From contig CACZPR010000079.1 in assembly GCA_902783155.1 (NCBI GenBank), positions 24,339-88,338 of the forward strand: a stretch of 64,000 bases of DNA. The letters are read 5' to 3'. The position numbers were made by a program, and so were the translations under genes. The notes under the pieces were generated by a model. The model saw only the letters and a list, made by a program, of their open reading frames with translations, did no database searches and had not been told where the DNA came from. Source of the stretch: an uncultured Spirochaetaceae bacterium. Its GTDB lineage: Bacteria; Spirochaetota; Spirochaetia; Treponematales; Treponemataceae. Below are positions 46,282 through 57,156 of this stretch, one piece after another (the first letter of the stretch is position 1; every line of letters begins with the position of its first letter).

Positions 46282-47229
46282 TTAGAGGCTGCTGCAGTCA
46301 AGCGACTCCATTTTTCCAAGGTCCTCCAGATTGAAGGGGGTCTCCTGGTAGACATAGTAGTTCAGCCAGTTGGAGTAGAAAAGGTGGGCCGTACTTCTCC
46401 ATGTGGACGGGGCCTTGTTCCGTGGATTGTCGTCCGGGAAATAGTTTTTGGGAATCTGAATCTCAATCCCCCTGTCAAGGTCGCGGCGGTACTCGTTTTC
46501 AAGGGTGTCTGAGTCGTACTCAAGATGCCCTGTCATAAAGATTGAGCGGTTGTCGGTGGACTTGGCGATTGTCAGCCCGGTCTCTTCGTTCATGGCCAAA
46601 AGCTTCAGGTTCCTTGTCTTGAGGATGTCCTCCGTCTTTATTAGCGTGTAGCGGGATGTCGGGACCGGAAAATAGTCGTCGAATCCCCTGAGCAGAGGTT
46701 CGGATGGGTCAACCAGCGTGCTCTTGTAGATTCCCGAAAACTTTTTTGACACGGAGTACTTCGGGATTCCATAGTGGTGGTAGAGTCCTGCCATCGCACC
46801 CCAGCAGATGTACAGGGTGGAGTAGACATTGTTTTTTGCGTAGTCCATTATCCTGCAAAGGTCCGGCCAGTAGTCCACATCCTCGAACGGCATCTGCTCC
46901 ACCGGCGCTCCTGTGATAATCATGCCGTCGTACTTGTTTTTGAAAATCTCGCTGGACGGAATGTAGAAGCGCGAAAGATGGTCCATGCTTGTGTTCTTTG
47001 AGACGTGGGTTTCCATCTGCACAAGGTGGATGTTTATCTGGAGCGGAGTGTTTCCAAGCAGCCTGAGAAGCTGGGTCTCGGTCGCAATCTTCGTCGGCAT
47101 CAGGTTGATTATGGCTATGTCGAGCGGACGGATTTCCTGTGTGGATGCCCTTCCCTCGGTCATAACGAATATGTTTTCCTTTTCAAGCACCGATCTGGCT
47201 GGGAGATTTTCATCTATTTTTATTGGCAT
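46282..47229 (-). CDS. metA: Homoserine O-acyltransferase (MetA family)
   Basis: MPIKIDENLPARSVLEKENIFVM...RPLDIAIINLMP...ITGAP...YICWGA. Confidence 0.9.
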   Translation of the reverse strand: MPIKIDENLPARSVLEKENIFVMTEGRASTQEIRPLDIAIINLMPTKIATETQLLRLLGNTPLQINIHLVQMETHVSKNTSMDHLSRFYIPSSEIFKNKYDGMIITGAPVEQMPFEDVDYWPDLCRIMDYAKNNVYSTLYICWGAMAGLYHHYGIPKYSVSKKFSGIYKSTLVDPSEPLLRGFDDYFPVPTSRYTLIKTEDILKTRNLKLLAMNEETGLTIAKSTDNRSIFMTGHLEYDSDTLENEYRRDLDRGIEIQIPKNYFPDDNPRNKAPSTWRSTAHLFYSNWLNYYVYQETPFNLEDLGKMESLDCSSL

Positions 47230-47387
47230 CAGTAGTTCCTCCGTTTGGATGGGTCCGTTTTTTTGTGATTGCGTTTTTGTGAATATAATTATAGCATAAA
47301 AAAAACATATTTGCTATTATGGAACGATAAAGAAGAAAAAAGAATCTGAAACTGAAGTTTCCGGACAGGTTTAATTAGGGTGATTTT

Positions 47388-48404
47388 ATGAAGGCGGATA
47401 AAAAATCGGCAGTAAAGAAACTTAGGGAAATGGTTTTCTCGGCAAGACAGGAGCCGGAGCATTTCCGTTCCAATTTTGACAGGACATTTTCGACGGTGTT
47501 TCTTCCAAACAATGTAGAGTGCGTTTCGCGTGAGTATGGCGGAATAAAGTGCGACGTGATTTCGCCTCTGGTCTACTCGTCAAAGAGGGTCATAATCTAC
47601 ATACACGGCGGGTCCTTTGTCGGTGGCTCGTGCGCGGCATACAGAAATTTCTGCTCGTCCTTTGCACATGCGTCGTCATGCAGAATCATTGTTCCCGAAT
47701 TCCGTCTTCCTCCGACATATCCTTTTCCCGCGTCGATTGATGATTTGGTCAACGTGTTCCGCTCGGTCTATGAAGAGGAAAATGTGGCCAGGAACCTTGA
47801 GATTGCGGCATCGGGTCTCAGCAAGTCGAATTCGTCGGGGCACATAATAATTGCTGCTGACGGAAGCGGTGCGAGCCTTGCCATGGCATTGATTTTTAAA
47901 ATCAACAAAAAGTACAGGTCCAACATACAGAATCTTGTCCTGTTTTCCCCGTGGCTTGATATGAGTTCGGACAATCCTCTTGTGGCCGCAGGAAAAAAAG
48001 TGAGCGACGGTGTTATGAGCGGTGAGGCCCTCCATGCTGCCGTTGACAAATACACGTACGCCGCAAACATTTCAAATCCGCTGGTCTCTCCGCTGAAGGC
48101 CCCGGTTGAAGATTTTGAGGCTTTCCCGCCGGTGTACATCCAGATGGGCCAGGACGAGATTCTTGTAAGGCAGGCCATAGAACTGAAAAACATACTCTCG
48201 CAGGTTGATGTCGAGTGTACCATGGACCTTTGGCCGGGCATGATGTACATGTTCCAGATGGCGGACGAATTTTTGCCGGACTCACATCTTGCGGTCAACA
48301 GGGTCGGTGACTTCATCAGCAAAAGGGAGGGTGAGTCTGCCGAAGAGATTGAGGAAAGACAGAGGATAATCCGCAGGAACAATATATTTCAGGTCGAGTC
48401 CTGA
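47388..48404 (+). CDS. Alpha/beta hydrolase, HSL-type esterase/lipase
   Basis: Oxyanion HGGSFVGG and nucleophile region AADGSGASLA (GDSAG-like). Confidence 0.7.
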   Translation: MKADKKSAVKKLREMVFSARQEPEHFRSNFDRTFSTVFLPNNVECVSREYGGIKCDVISPLVYSSKRVIIYIHGGSFVGGSCAAYRNFCSSFAHASSCRIIVPEFRLPPTYPFPASIDDLVNVFRSVYEEENVARNLEIAASGLSKSNSSGHIIIAADGSGASLAMALIFKINKKYRSNIQNLVLFSPWLDMSSDNPLVAAGKKVSDGVMSGEALHAAVDKYTYAANISNPLVSPLKAPVEDFEAFPPVYIQMGQDEILVRQAIELKNILSQVDVECTMDLWPGMMYMFQMADEFLPDSHLAVNRVGDFISKREGESAEEIEERQRIIRRNNIFQVES

Positions 48405-48419
48405 AAAAAGGGGAGTGAC

Positions 48420-49898
48420 ATGGAGCTTCTTTCTCCGGCTGGAAACGTTGACAAGCTGAGATACTGCTACGCCTATGGTGCCGATGCCGCATATATCGGG
48501 CTGAAAAATTTTTCTCTCAGGGTAAAGGCGGACAATTTCTACGCCGACGAGTTTCTGCGTGTCCGCAAACTGAAGGAGCAGTATCCCGGTCGCCGTCTGC
48601 ATTGCGCGCTGAACATCAGCTTCCACAATTCGGAAATCGACAGGCTTATGTCCGACCTCCCATATTTCAAAGAATATCCGATAGACGCTTTCATTGTGCA
48701 GGACCTTGGCATAGTTCCAATCCTCCAGAAAAACTTTCCAGATGCCCAGCTCCATCTTTCGACACAGGCAAGCTGCATGAACCGTGAGGCCGTCAAGATG
48801 TACAGGTCCCTTGGTTTCAGCCGTGTGGTCATGGGTCGTGAGGCATCGCTAAAGGAGATTGCGGAAATCAAGGATGCCGTCCCGGACATGGAGATTGAGT
48901 GCTTCGTCCACGGAGCCATGTGCATTGCATACGCTGGCCGCTGTCTTATGAGCGCTTACCTGAATGGACGTTCGGCGCAGGAGGGTTTCTGTTCGCACAC
49001 ATGCCGCTGGGATTACGATGTCATGCTTCCCGGTTCCAATGCTGATTCCGGTCCGTATTCCCCTGTGGCCAAGTCCATTGCCCAGAGCGGGGAACTTGTT
49101 TTGCGGGAACACAAAAGGCCGGACGAATATTTTCCTGTGTACGAGGGAGAGAATTTTACCGCGGTGCTTTCATCGAAGGACCTCTGCATGATTGACCATC
49201 TTGCGGAGCTGAAAAAGGCCGGTGTCGATTCACTGAAGATTGAGGGCCGCATGAAGAGCGTCTACTATGTGGCGATGATTACCCGGGCATACAGAAAGGC
49301 ACTGGACGCGCTTGACGGAAAAATATCCGACGCGGAGGCTGGACCCTTTGTCGAGGAGCTTTACAAGGTAAGCCACAGGCCGTATGCGACTGGATTCTAT
49401 TTCAGCAGGACGGATGCCGACGTTACTGTGTCCGGTGCGAGCGAAAGCACATGGGACTTGTGCGCGGAGATTGGCGCGGCCATTTCTGAACTGGATATGG
49501 AAAAGATTTTGGAAAAGGGTTCCGCACTTGAAAAACGCCGTGCCGAGGAATATGAGTCCCTTGTTCCCCAGGCGAAAGCGGCATACGACCAGCGTGTGAA
49601 AAGTCTCCCCGACAGATATCTTCCGGGCGTGGCGAAAAAAGATGGATGGAAAATGTATCCCCTGAAAGCCATGAACATGATTGACGGGGACACAAAACTG
49701 GAACTTGTCACCCCAGACATCTCCCATGCGGAAATCAAAAAGGATGATTACGTCCTTGTAAATCCGAACACGGGAGAAATCTACAGATGGTGCTGCGACG
49801 GTCATCCTGCCGTAATCTACACGTCCAGCGAAATCCCTTCCGGGGCACTGCTCAGGTCTTTTGTCGCTAAAAACCCACGCGCCAGTGGCAAACGGTAG
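48420..49898 (+). CDS. Peptidase U32 family protein
   Basis: MELLSPAGN...GADAAYIG N-terminus, E.F.HGAMC.AY.GRC..S block, and extended C-terminal domain. Confidence 0.8.
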   Translation: MELLSPAGNVDKLRYCYAYGADAAYIGLKNFSLRVKADNFYADEFLRVRKLKEQYPGRRLHCALNISFHNSEIDRLMSDLPYFKEYPIDAFIVQDLGIVPILQKNFPDAQLHLSTQASCMNREAVKMYRSLGFSRVVMGREASLKEIAEIKDAVPDMEIECFVHGAMCIAYAGRCLMSAYLNGRSAQEGFCSHTCRWDYDVMLPGSNADSGPYSPVAKSIAQSGELVLREHKRPDEYFPVYEGENFTAVLSSKDLCMIDHLAELKKAGVDSLKIEGRMKSVYYVAMITRAYRKALDALDGKISDAEAGPFVEELYKVSHRPYATGFYFSRTDADVTVSGASESTWDLCAEIGAAISELDMEKILEKGSALEKRRAEEYESLVPQAKAAYDQRVKSLPDRYLPGVAKKDGWKMYPLKAMNMIDGDTKLELVTPDISHAEIKKDDYVLVNPNTGEIYRWCCDGHPAVIYTSSEIPSGALLRSFVAKNPRASGKR

Positions 49899-50024
49899 AA
49901 AAAAGTCGGACATAATTTTTTATATAAAGAAATTGCATTGACTTTTTTATATGATGTGATATTATTTATTTAGTTCGTGGGCTGCATTTCTATGCAGTTG
50001 TTTCGCTTGAAAAAGCCGCGGCTC

Positions 50025-50585
50025 TTAAATCCCCTGCTTTTGTAGGGGATATTTATTTACCATGAGTTCCAGCGTATAAACCCGCATACCGTTTTGCTTC
50101 ACTTCTTTCAGCATCAAGGAAACAACACCTTCTTTTCCATCTGAAAATTCAATGTCCTTTTGAAATCTATGTACAGCAAGTACGTTTGGATCATTTTTTC
50201 TGTCGGGAAAGGATCCTATAAAATCGGAGTTCTCGAAAATGTTTTTAATATTTTTGGCCGCCTCAAAATGGTTTTCTACTGAAAATCCATTTACAACCGA
50301 CTTTGTTATGGCTTTGTCAGAAGATATTTTGTTGGCGGTATTTTTCGAAAATCTTGCTTTGAATCCATTCTTGGTATTTGTGAATACGGTTCCGAACATT
50401 CCAGCTACCGCCGACAAAAAATCCTTGCGACAGGCATTCCTCAGTCTGCTTTCTTCCTGCGAGATTTTGTATGATTCATAGGCATCAGAGATTTTTTCTC
50501 CTGACTCGTTGGCCCAATATCGGATATGGTGTCCGTTTTCCAAGCAATCTTCGAGATGGTATTTTGCGTCTTTGTTTTCTTCCAT
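50025..50585 (-). CDS. Hypothetical protein, AT-rich orphan appended to trkAH
   Basis: The start lies 1 nt after the trkH stop. No signal peptide and no domain I can name with confidence. Confidence 0.5.
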   Translation of the reverse strand: MEENKDAKYHLEDCLENGHHIRYWANESGEKISDAYESYKISQEESRLRNACRKDFLSAVAGMFGTVFTNTKNGFKARFSKNTANKISSDKAITKSVVNGFSVENHFEAAKNIKNIFENSDFIGSFPDRKNDPNVLAVHRFQKDIEFSDGKEGVVSLMLKEVKQNGMRVYTLELMVNKYPLQKQGI

Positions 50586-50586
50586 A

Positions 50587-52059
50587 CTATTTTTTCCAGA
50601 ACGACGGTGAGAAGAATACCATCATTGTGAAAAACTCAAGGCGGCCTGCGAGCATGGCAAATGAGTAGAGCCATTTTACGGCATCGGGAAGCCATCCGTA
50701 GTTGCAGGAAGGACCAAGCTTGCCGAACGCTGGACCCACGTTTCCTATCATGCTTATCGCCCCGGTGAATGAAGTCAGTATGTCCACCCCAAAAATACAT
50801 GCGACAAGGGTGGTCGCGAGAACCAAAATCAGATACAAGAAGAAGAAGGCCGTGACCGTCACCCCAATCTCGTTCCGACGTGGCTGCCTGTCAATCCTCA
50901 ATGCGAAAACACCCCTCGGATGCAGCAGCTTCAGAATCTCGTTGTGCGCCAGCTTTGAAAGAACAATCCAGCGTATCACCTTGACACCACCGGCCGTGGA
51001 CCCCGCGCATCCACCGATGAAAAACAGAATGAAGATAATCGCCTGGCTCGCCGCAGTCCATGTGGTGTAGTCGTCCGTTGCGAATCCCGCGGTGCTGATT
51101 ATCGTGAGCGACTGGAACGAAGAATATCTGAGCGACTGGAAAAATCCACCGTAGCGCCCCATCTCGAAAAGTGCAATCAGGATGCTTGAACCAAATACTA
51201 TACCCAGGTAGGCCTTAAGCTCCGAGTTGTCCCTTAGAGTCTTGAAGTCCCTCCGGATAAGGCTGTAGTAAAGCGAAAAGTTGATTCCTGCAAGGAACAT
51301 GAATGTTGTGATAATCCAGTCCACCGCGGGAGACCTGAATCCACCTATGCTTGCGTTCCTTGTTGAAAATCCACCGGTCCCAAGAGTTGAGAGTGCATGG
51401 CAAAGAGCCTCGTAAACACTCATTCCGGCCACTTTCAGCAAAATGGCTTCCATTGCTGTCAGACCGAAGTACATGAACCAGAGTATCTTTGCGGTCGTGG
51501 TGATTTTTGATGTGAGCTTGCCTTTTTCGGGGCCTGTCGTTTCGGCGCGTATGAGCTGGAATCCACCCACACCCAGAAGCGGAAGAAGGGCTACGGTCAG
51601 GGCAACAATACCCATACCCCCCAACCAGTGCGTAGTGCATCGCCACAGGTTTATCGAGTAGGCAAAGGGAAGACCCTCTATCTCCGAAAGAATTGTGGCT
51701 CCCGTAGTCGTGAACCCGGATATGCTCTCAAAAAAAGCGTCCGTGAAATTTGGAATCGCCCCGCTTGCAAAATAGGGAATGGACCCGAACAGGGCGGACG
51801 CAAGCCATGCAAGTGCCACAACAACAAAACTTGCCCTCGTGCTGATTCTGTATTTCTTTTTCCGCCCGGCAAGATAGAACACCACGCCAACGACAAAACT
51901 TATTGCCATTGGCACGACAAAATACGGCAGCACTCCTTTTTCGCCATAGACCAGAGCGCAGATTATTGGAAGAATGAAGGTCAGACCCACGATGGCCACA
52001 ATAAGAAAAACCACACGTGCGACCGTGAATGCCATTCCGGCTGTCTTAGTCTTTTCCAC
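50587..52059 (-). CDS. trkH: Trk-type potassium uptake membrane subunit
   Basis: Polytopic protein with repeated M1-P-M2 selectivity-loop-like segments (TTTGAT, GGMG, LGTGGFS, STAGFA). Confidence 0.9.
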   Translation of the reverse strand: MEKTKTAGMAFTVARVVFLIVAIVGLTFILPIICALVYGEKGVLPYFVVPMAISFVVGVVFYLAGRKKKYRISTRASFVVVALAWLASALFGSIPYFASGAIPNFTDAFFESISGFTTTGATILSEIEGLPFAYSINLWRCTTHWLGGMGIVALTVALLPLLGVGGFQLIRAETTGPEKGKLTSKITTTAKILWFMYFGLTAMEAILLKVAGMSVYEALCHALSTLGTGGFSTRNASIGGFRSPAVDWIITTFMFLAGINFSLYYSLIRRDFKTLRDNSELKAYLGIVFGSSILIALFEMGRYGGFFQSLRYSSFQSLTIISTAGFATDDYTTWTAASQAIIFILFFIGGCAGSTAGGVKVIRWIVLSKLAHNEILKLLHPRGVFALRIDRQPRRNEIGVTVTAFFFLYLILVLATTLVACIFGVDILTSFTGAISMIGNVGPAFGKLGPSCNYGWLPDAVKWLYSFAMLAGRLEFFTMMVFFSPSFWKK

Positions 52060-53503
52060 TTATAAGCTCCAGTATCTCTTTGCTTCCAGACTCCTGAATC
52101 AAGACAACATGGTCCCCGACATTCAGGGTGGTGTTTCCGTTCACAAGGGCATATCCATCGGACCCTGGTTTCTGAATCAGCAGCATGAGGAATTTTCCTG
52201 GCTTGGCAATTTCCTTTAGCGTCTTCCCAAGAACATGGCTCTTTGAAGGAACGTCACATTCTATAATCTCGAATCCACCGGTCGAAACTGTGTGCACCTC
52301 CCTGACATTTTCTCCACGCAGATGGCTCATTATGCTGTCAACAACCGTGTCCCTGATTGGAACCGCAACATTCACGCCCATCTTTTCCGCAATCGACGAG
52401 TAGGCGGAGTTTGTAATCAACGCGACAGTGTTCTTTACACCAAGTGCCTCGAAGTACGAAGCGACGACAAGATTCAGCTCATGGTTGTGTGTAGCGCAGA
52501 TGCAGAGGTCCGACTTGTCTAGCTCCTCCTCGTGGATAAAGTTTTCGTCGGTGATGTCCTCCTGGAAAATATCCGCGTCCGGGAATTTGTTCACCGCCAT
52601 GTCGCACATTTCCTTGTCGCTGTCAACAATCAGAAAGCGCTGGAAAGTTTTTTTCGTGGTCTTTTTTTTGCCCAGAATCTTTGCAAGCATCGGAATCTTT
52701 TTCTGCTTGGTGCTGTTTCCCAAAAGCATCTCCGCCACAAGGGTCCCGATACGTCCGACACCGACAAGAACGGTCTTCTTGATTTTTCTCTCGCCCTCGC
52801 CGCACATCTGCCTGATTTCGTCAAGATTGTCCCTGTGGGAAAGCACCCCGATTGAGTCCCCGGCATTAAGAATTGTGTCGCCGACAGGGAGCGAAGATGA
52901 GTCGTCCTTTTCAACAAAGACCACAATCACCTGCTTGTCCGTGAGCTTCCTCATGTCCTTCAGGGCAATGCCGTCAACCTTGCTGCCCGCATTGATTTTT
53001 ATTGTGGTAAGCTCGTAGGAACCGTCCCCAAGCGGCATGACATCCGACACGCCATGCTCCACCGCATTGACTATTGCCTGCGCCGCCTCGACATCGGGAT
53101 TTATCATGTAGTCGATTCCATAAAGAGGCCTGTGGTTTTTCTTGAAAGTCTCCGCATGGTGGGCGAGAGTCTTGTTTGTGTTCATGTAGTATGCGTAGTT
53201 CCGGACCCTCGCAATTTTTAGGACATCGGGATAGATTGCATCGACAAGGGAGCAGGTAATCATGTTCACCTCGTCGTCCTCGGTAACGGCAACCAGGGCA
53301 TCTGCTGTGGAAATGCCAGCGTCCTCCAGAGTCTGTAGGTCGTTGCCGTCCGCGTATGTGATGGTACAGTCCAGAGTGTCCCTAAGACTGTTGACGTTCT
53401 CAATATTATTGTCTATGAGGGTGACTTTGTTTCCGGCATCGTTCAGAAGCCTCTTGGCCAGCTGCGTCCCGGTAAACCCCGCCCCAACGATTACGATTTT
53501 CAT
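52046..53503 (-). CDS. trkA: Trk system NAD-binding subunit
   Basis: Two Rossmann/RCK halves: IVIVGAGFTGTQLA and VLVGVGRIGTLVA. It overlaps the trkH start. Confidence 0.9.
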   Translation of the reverse strand: MKIVIVGAGFTGTQLAKRLLNDAGNKVTLIDNNIENVNSLRDTLDCTITYADGNDLQTLEDAGISTADALVAVTEDDEVNMITCSLVDAIYPDVLKIARVRNYAYYMNTNKTLAHHAETFKKNHRPLYGIDYMINPDVEAAQAIVNAVEHGVSDVMPLGDGSYELTTIKINAGSKVDGIALKDMRKLTDKQVIVVFVEKDDSSSLPVGDTILNAGDSIGVLSHRDNLDEIRQMCGEGERKIKKTVLVGVGRIGTLVAEMLLGNSTKQKKIPMLAKILGKKKTTKKTFQRFLIVDSDKEMCDMAVNKFPDADIFQEDITDENFIHEEELDKSDLCICATHNHELNLVVASYFEALGVKNTVALITNSAYSSIAEKMGVNVAVPIRDTVVDSIMSHLRGENVREVHTVSTGGFEIIECDVPSKSHVLGKTLKEIAKPGKFLMLLIQKPGSDGYALVNGNTTLNVGDHVVLIQESGSKEILELISGKD

Positions 53504-53554
53504 ACGGACATGCTAGCACAAAATTTAAATTGGTAGAAGTAGCCTGTCAGTTAC

Positions 53555-53582
53555 TTACAAAAACACTGCAATATGCTATAAT
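53555..53582 (+). promoter_or_regulatory. Promoter of lipoprotein paralog 1
   Basis: TTACAA-16 nt-TATAAT, the same architecture as upstream of paralogs 2 and 3. Confidence 0.45.
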
Positions 53583-53608
53583 TTTGAAGATATGAACGGA
53601 GGGCCCGC

Positions 53609-56600
53609 ATGAAAAAAAGATTTGTGTGCTTGAAAAGCTTGGTACGGGGAGGGGTATTATTTTCCCTGCTTCTGATTCTATCCTGCGGAAACTTTTTTAA
53701 CGGTGCCGACCTTAGAAAAGAGATTGAGGAGCAGGTTGCCTACGCGAACGCAAAAGAGTGTACAATCAATGTGAAATCAGATGCCGCTTACGGCTCCTTC
53801 CTTTCCGAGGGCGAAAAAAAATGCAAGGTGGGCTTCTCGATGGACCTGCAGTTTGCTGCCAATGCAAAGAATTACAGCTTTGAGGGGCTGGAGGCCGTAA
53901 GCACAGGCGGAGAAAGCCGAGAGGATTGTGTGAGCTTTGAGATTTGCGAATCCGATGAGAAAAACAATACTTACACAATTTCCGTGACTCTCTTAAAAGC
54001 CGCGAATGATATTATAATAAGGCCAAAGTGCGCCGCCCTGCCAAAGATTGTGGAGATAAAGCCAGCTCTTTCGGCTGGAGGAGTGGAGCAGGACTCTATC
54101 ATAGAAGTGTCTTTCAACAAGGCGATGGACGCGGAAAGCTTCGGGGATTTTTCCTGCCTGACCATAAGCTCAGATGGCGAAGATTTGGCCGACTTGTTTG
54201 ACACGCCCCATTTTTACGACGGTAACACAAAGATTGGCATTGTTCCCCTGTGTGCGACGAACAACACAAAGCTTCTGCTTGAGCCCAGCAAGAACATTTC
54301 TTACAGGAACATCACCGTCAGCTTTAGGTTTACCGGCAAGGAAAAAGACAGTTACGGTCTTTCTCTTGAAGAAAACACACAATACACATACAAAATAAAC
54401 AGGGAGCTTTCCAACTCCCTTCCTTCCATTTACGTGGATATTTCCGGCAGCAAGGGAAAGCTTTCTCCCTCAAAAGGAAGCTACAAATGCATCAAGACTT
54501 ACATCTATCCACTTTCATTTGATCCTGACTTAAGCTATGAGTTCATCCGCTGGAAGATTCTTGACCCGGAGACAGGCCTTGAGCTTCAGAACGGAAATCA
54601 GGTCACTCTGGAAGATCCCTACGAGCAGTCAACAAACTACAGTCTTGCTTCCGACGTGGACGGAGAGCGTAAGGACGTTGTGCTTTTCCCGGAAGTTGCC
54701 GAGCGTCCTCAGGTTATTTCCTATGCTCCAATGACTCTGGGGCAGCTTAAGGATTCTACCATTCAGGTTCTTTTTGACAGGGACATGGATGAAAACTCAA
54801 TTTATTATACAGAAGATGAAATTGATGAGCTGAAGAAGTCCGGCATTTCTAATTCGAATTTCCTTCCTCCCCTTGGAAGCTCCACAAAGCATTATGGCTA
54901 TGTAAGCGGAGGAAAAACTTATTTTAAGAACATAGTGCTTACAAACAACAAGACCGGAAAAAATATCAACGACCGGTTTGCGGCTCCCTTCTTTGATGAT
55001 CCACGGACCCTTTCCATTCCGGCAAGTAAAGAAAGTGGACATATACTTGACGATTTCACCCAGGTTCTTGTTTCAATTGAAAAAGAGTTTTTTTACAGTG
55101 AACAGCTTACCGACACAACTTTCAGGCCGGTAACTCTTTCTCAGAGCAAAAAATGGATGTACCAGGTGAACAACAGGACCGATGACAAGCCGCTTGTAAT
55201 TGCGAAATCAGGCAGCACTGAGTTGTTTTCGGCGAAATTCAAAAGCGACAATACGAAGTTTCAAAAATCTGCACCCTTCACTCTGGGCAAAAGTGGTTTC
55301 GAGGGCATGAAATTCATCAAGAACGGAAACTTTAAATTTGATTTGGACATAGAGGTGCTGGAGCAGGAGGGATCTGGTCCCAACTCATATTTCACGGTCA
55401 CAGTAAAAAAGATTTACGGAGCAAATTACGCTACTTCGAGTTATAAGAAAAGCTTTACGCCTTACTATCAGACTGTCACATCGGACACCGCCGTATTTAG
55501 TGGCATCGTGGATTTGGAGCAGGAAGGGGTTACCCTTGGCGACGGTGTTTACGAGGTGGTCTTTGACTTCATGGACAGGAGCGGCAACCACTTGATATAT
55601 CCTTCGGGCAGCCATTTTTATTTTGCAGTTGACACAAAGGCTCCTGAAATCAGCACACCGACAATAAGCAGCACGAACAGCACGACATACACCCTTAACT
55701 GGTCTGATTATGTTGATTTGAAAACGGCTGAAATCATAGTGACCGGCTCCACGACAAGCTCAGAAACGATAACGAACGGAGCTTTGTCCAAAAATATAAC
55801 GAACATTCAGCCTGACAAGACTTATAATATGAAAGTAAAATTTACCGATTATGCTGGAAATTCGGTTGAAAAGACGGTTCCGAAATTCCTTACAGGATAT
55901 ACTTTTACAGGCTCCCCTAACTTTATGGGAACTAACGCAAGTCATGCCCAGAATATTTTCTTTGTGGGAGACAAAATCTCTGATTACGGAATTACTGCTA
56001 AAAAGTATTATTCGGACGGAACATCAACTACGGTGGGCTTGACTTCAAACGATACCATTCCGACAAGAAGCGCGTATGATTCAAGCTGGACTTATACATA
56101 TACATATTCTGAGGACAACATCTCAAAGAACGCGGATTTGTCCGGCTATTACATCGCCAAAAAAGACTCTCTCACGCAAAAGCCTGTTTATGATAAAAAC
56201 TACCATGAAAGGGACGACAATACCAATAACGACAAGCATTACAAGTTCGGGGATTTCCCTCAGACTGTTTCTAAAATTTCAAATTACACAAGCTCTACTG
56301 TATATAACGGCTGGTATTTGGGACGTGACGGATATTTTTACGAAAAACAGACGGCAAATAATTCTGCTGACCGAAAAAAATTTTCCAACGGAAATACAAT
56401 TTCTAACGGCACCAACTATTATTTTAAGGTTGAGCCAATTTACTGGCGTGCTTTGACAACGAATTACGACCATGATCAGAAGAGCTCAACGGCAGGAAAA
56501 ACTCTCTTGTTTGCAGACAAGGTTTTAAAAGGAGACATGCCATTTTATCTTTCCCAGTCAACAAGGACAATCGGTGTCTCTACGGTATATGGCAACAGCT

Positions 56601-57154
56601 GGAGATACTCAACGATGAGGGCATACCTGAACGGCAGTTATGAAAGCGGCGACACGCAGACAAAAACCTACTCTGGAAAAGGATTTTTGCAAAAGGCATT
56701 TACTTCGAGCGCACAAAATCTGATAGCCACGACAAGCGTAGACAATAGTAAAAGAAGTACAAATCCATATAATGATGCAACTCTTTGGAATAGCGGAAAT
56801 AATCCTTATGCTGAAAATAATCCAACGTCTGACAAGATTTTCCTTTTGAGCATATATGATCTTACAAACACAAGTTCAAAAACAGGCGACTATTATCATT
56901 TTAACGGAACCTGTAGTGCTGGTGGGGCTGGCAGTAATAGGGGACGAGATCCAAGCGACTATGCCTTGTCTGTCAGTGCATATGTTAGTTCGGATGATGG
57001 ATGTGGGGCTTATTATTGGCAACGTTCTTCCACTTATCACTCCCCAGGAATCAACGTTAGATTTTGTGATACGGCCGGTAATGCAGCCAACAGTAAAACT
57101 GTTGAATTAAAGATGGGTGTAGTTCCAGCCCTTGTGCTTGTAAATGCCCCATAA
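53609..57154 (+). CDS. Large surface lipoprotein, paralog 1 (Ig-like domains plus C-terminal DUF6273-like domain)
   Basis: MKKRFVCLKSLVRGGVLFSLLLILSCGNFFNGADLRKEIE (lipobox). RGG is encoded by the interrupted CGGGGAGGG. Shared family blocks: RPQVISYAP...LKDSTIQVLFDRDMD, YFAVDTKAPEISTPT, YFKVEPIYWRAL, YSTMRAYLNG, FLQKAFTSSAQ, GVVPALVL. Confidence 0.8.
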   Translation: MKKRFVCLKSLVRGGVLFSLLLILSCGNFFNGADLRKEIEEQVAYANAKECTINVKSDAAYGSFLSEGEKKCKVGFSMDLQFAANAKNYSFEGLEAVSTGGESREDCVSFEICESDEKNNTYTISVTLLKAANDIIIRPKCAALPKIVEIKPALSAGGVEQDSIIEVSFNKAMDAESFGDFSCLTISSDGEDLADLFDTPHFYDGNTKIGIVPLCATNNTKLLLEPSKNISYRNITVSFRFTGKEKDSYGLSLEENTQYTYKINRELSNSLPSIYVDISGSKGKLSPSKGSYKCIKTYIYPLSFDPDLSYEFIRWKILDPETGLELQNGNQVTLEDPYEQSTNYSLASDVDGERKDVVLFPEVAERPQVISYAPMTLGQLKDSTIQVLFDRDMDENSIYYTEDEIDELKKSGISNSNFLPPLGSSTKHYGYVSGGKTYFKNIVLTNNKTGKNINDRFAAPFFDDPRTLSIPASKESGHILDDFTQVLVSIEKEFFYSEQLTDTTFRPVTLSQSKKWMYQVNNRTDDKPLVIAKSGSTELFSAKFKSDNTKFQKSAPFTLGKSGFEGMKFIKNGNFKFDLDIEVLEQEGSGPNSYFTVTVKKIYGANYATSSYKKSFTPYYQTVTSDTAVFSGIVDLEQEGVTLGDGVYEVVFDFMDRSGNHLIYPSGSHFYFAVDTKAPEISTPTISSTNSTTYTLNWSDYVDLKTAEIIVTGSTTSSETITNGALSKNITNIQPDKTYNMKVKFTDYAGNSVEKTVPKFLTGYTFTGSPNFMGTNASHAQNIFFVGDKISDYGITAKKYYSDGTSTTVGLTSNDTIPTRSAYDSSWTYTYTYSEDNISKNADLSGYYIAKKDSLTQKPVYDKNYHERDDNTNNDKHYKFGDFPQTVSKISNYTSSTVYNGWYLGRDGYFYEKQTANNSADRKKFSNGNTISNGTNYYFKVEPIYWRALTTNYDHDQKSSTAGKTLLFADKVLKGDMPFYLSQSTRTIGVSTVYGNSWRYSTMRAYLNGSYESGDTQTKTYSGKGFLQKAFTSSAQNLIATTSVDNSKRSTNPYNDATLWNSGNNPYAENNPTSDKIFLLSIYDLTNTSSKTGDYYHFNGTCSAGGAGSNRGRDPSDYALSVSAYVSSDDGCGAYYWQRSSTYHSPGINVRFCDTAGNAANSKTVELKMGVVPALVLVNAP

Positions 57155-57156
57155 AT

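Noticed and set aside
47230-47387. Expected SAM or other riboswitch upstream of metA
   Set aside because: The minus-strand leader between a TATAAT-like box and the ATG is only ~55 nt, A-rich and without the S-box or SAM-II conserved helices.
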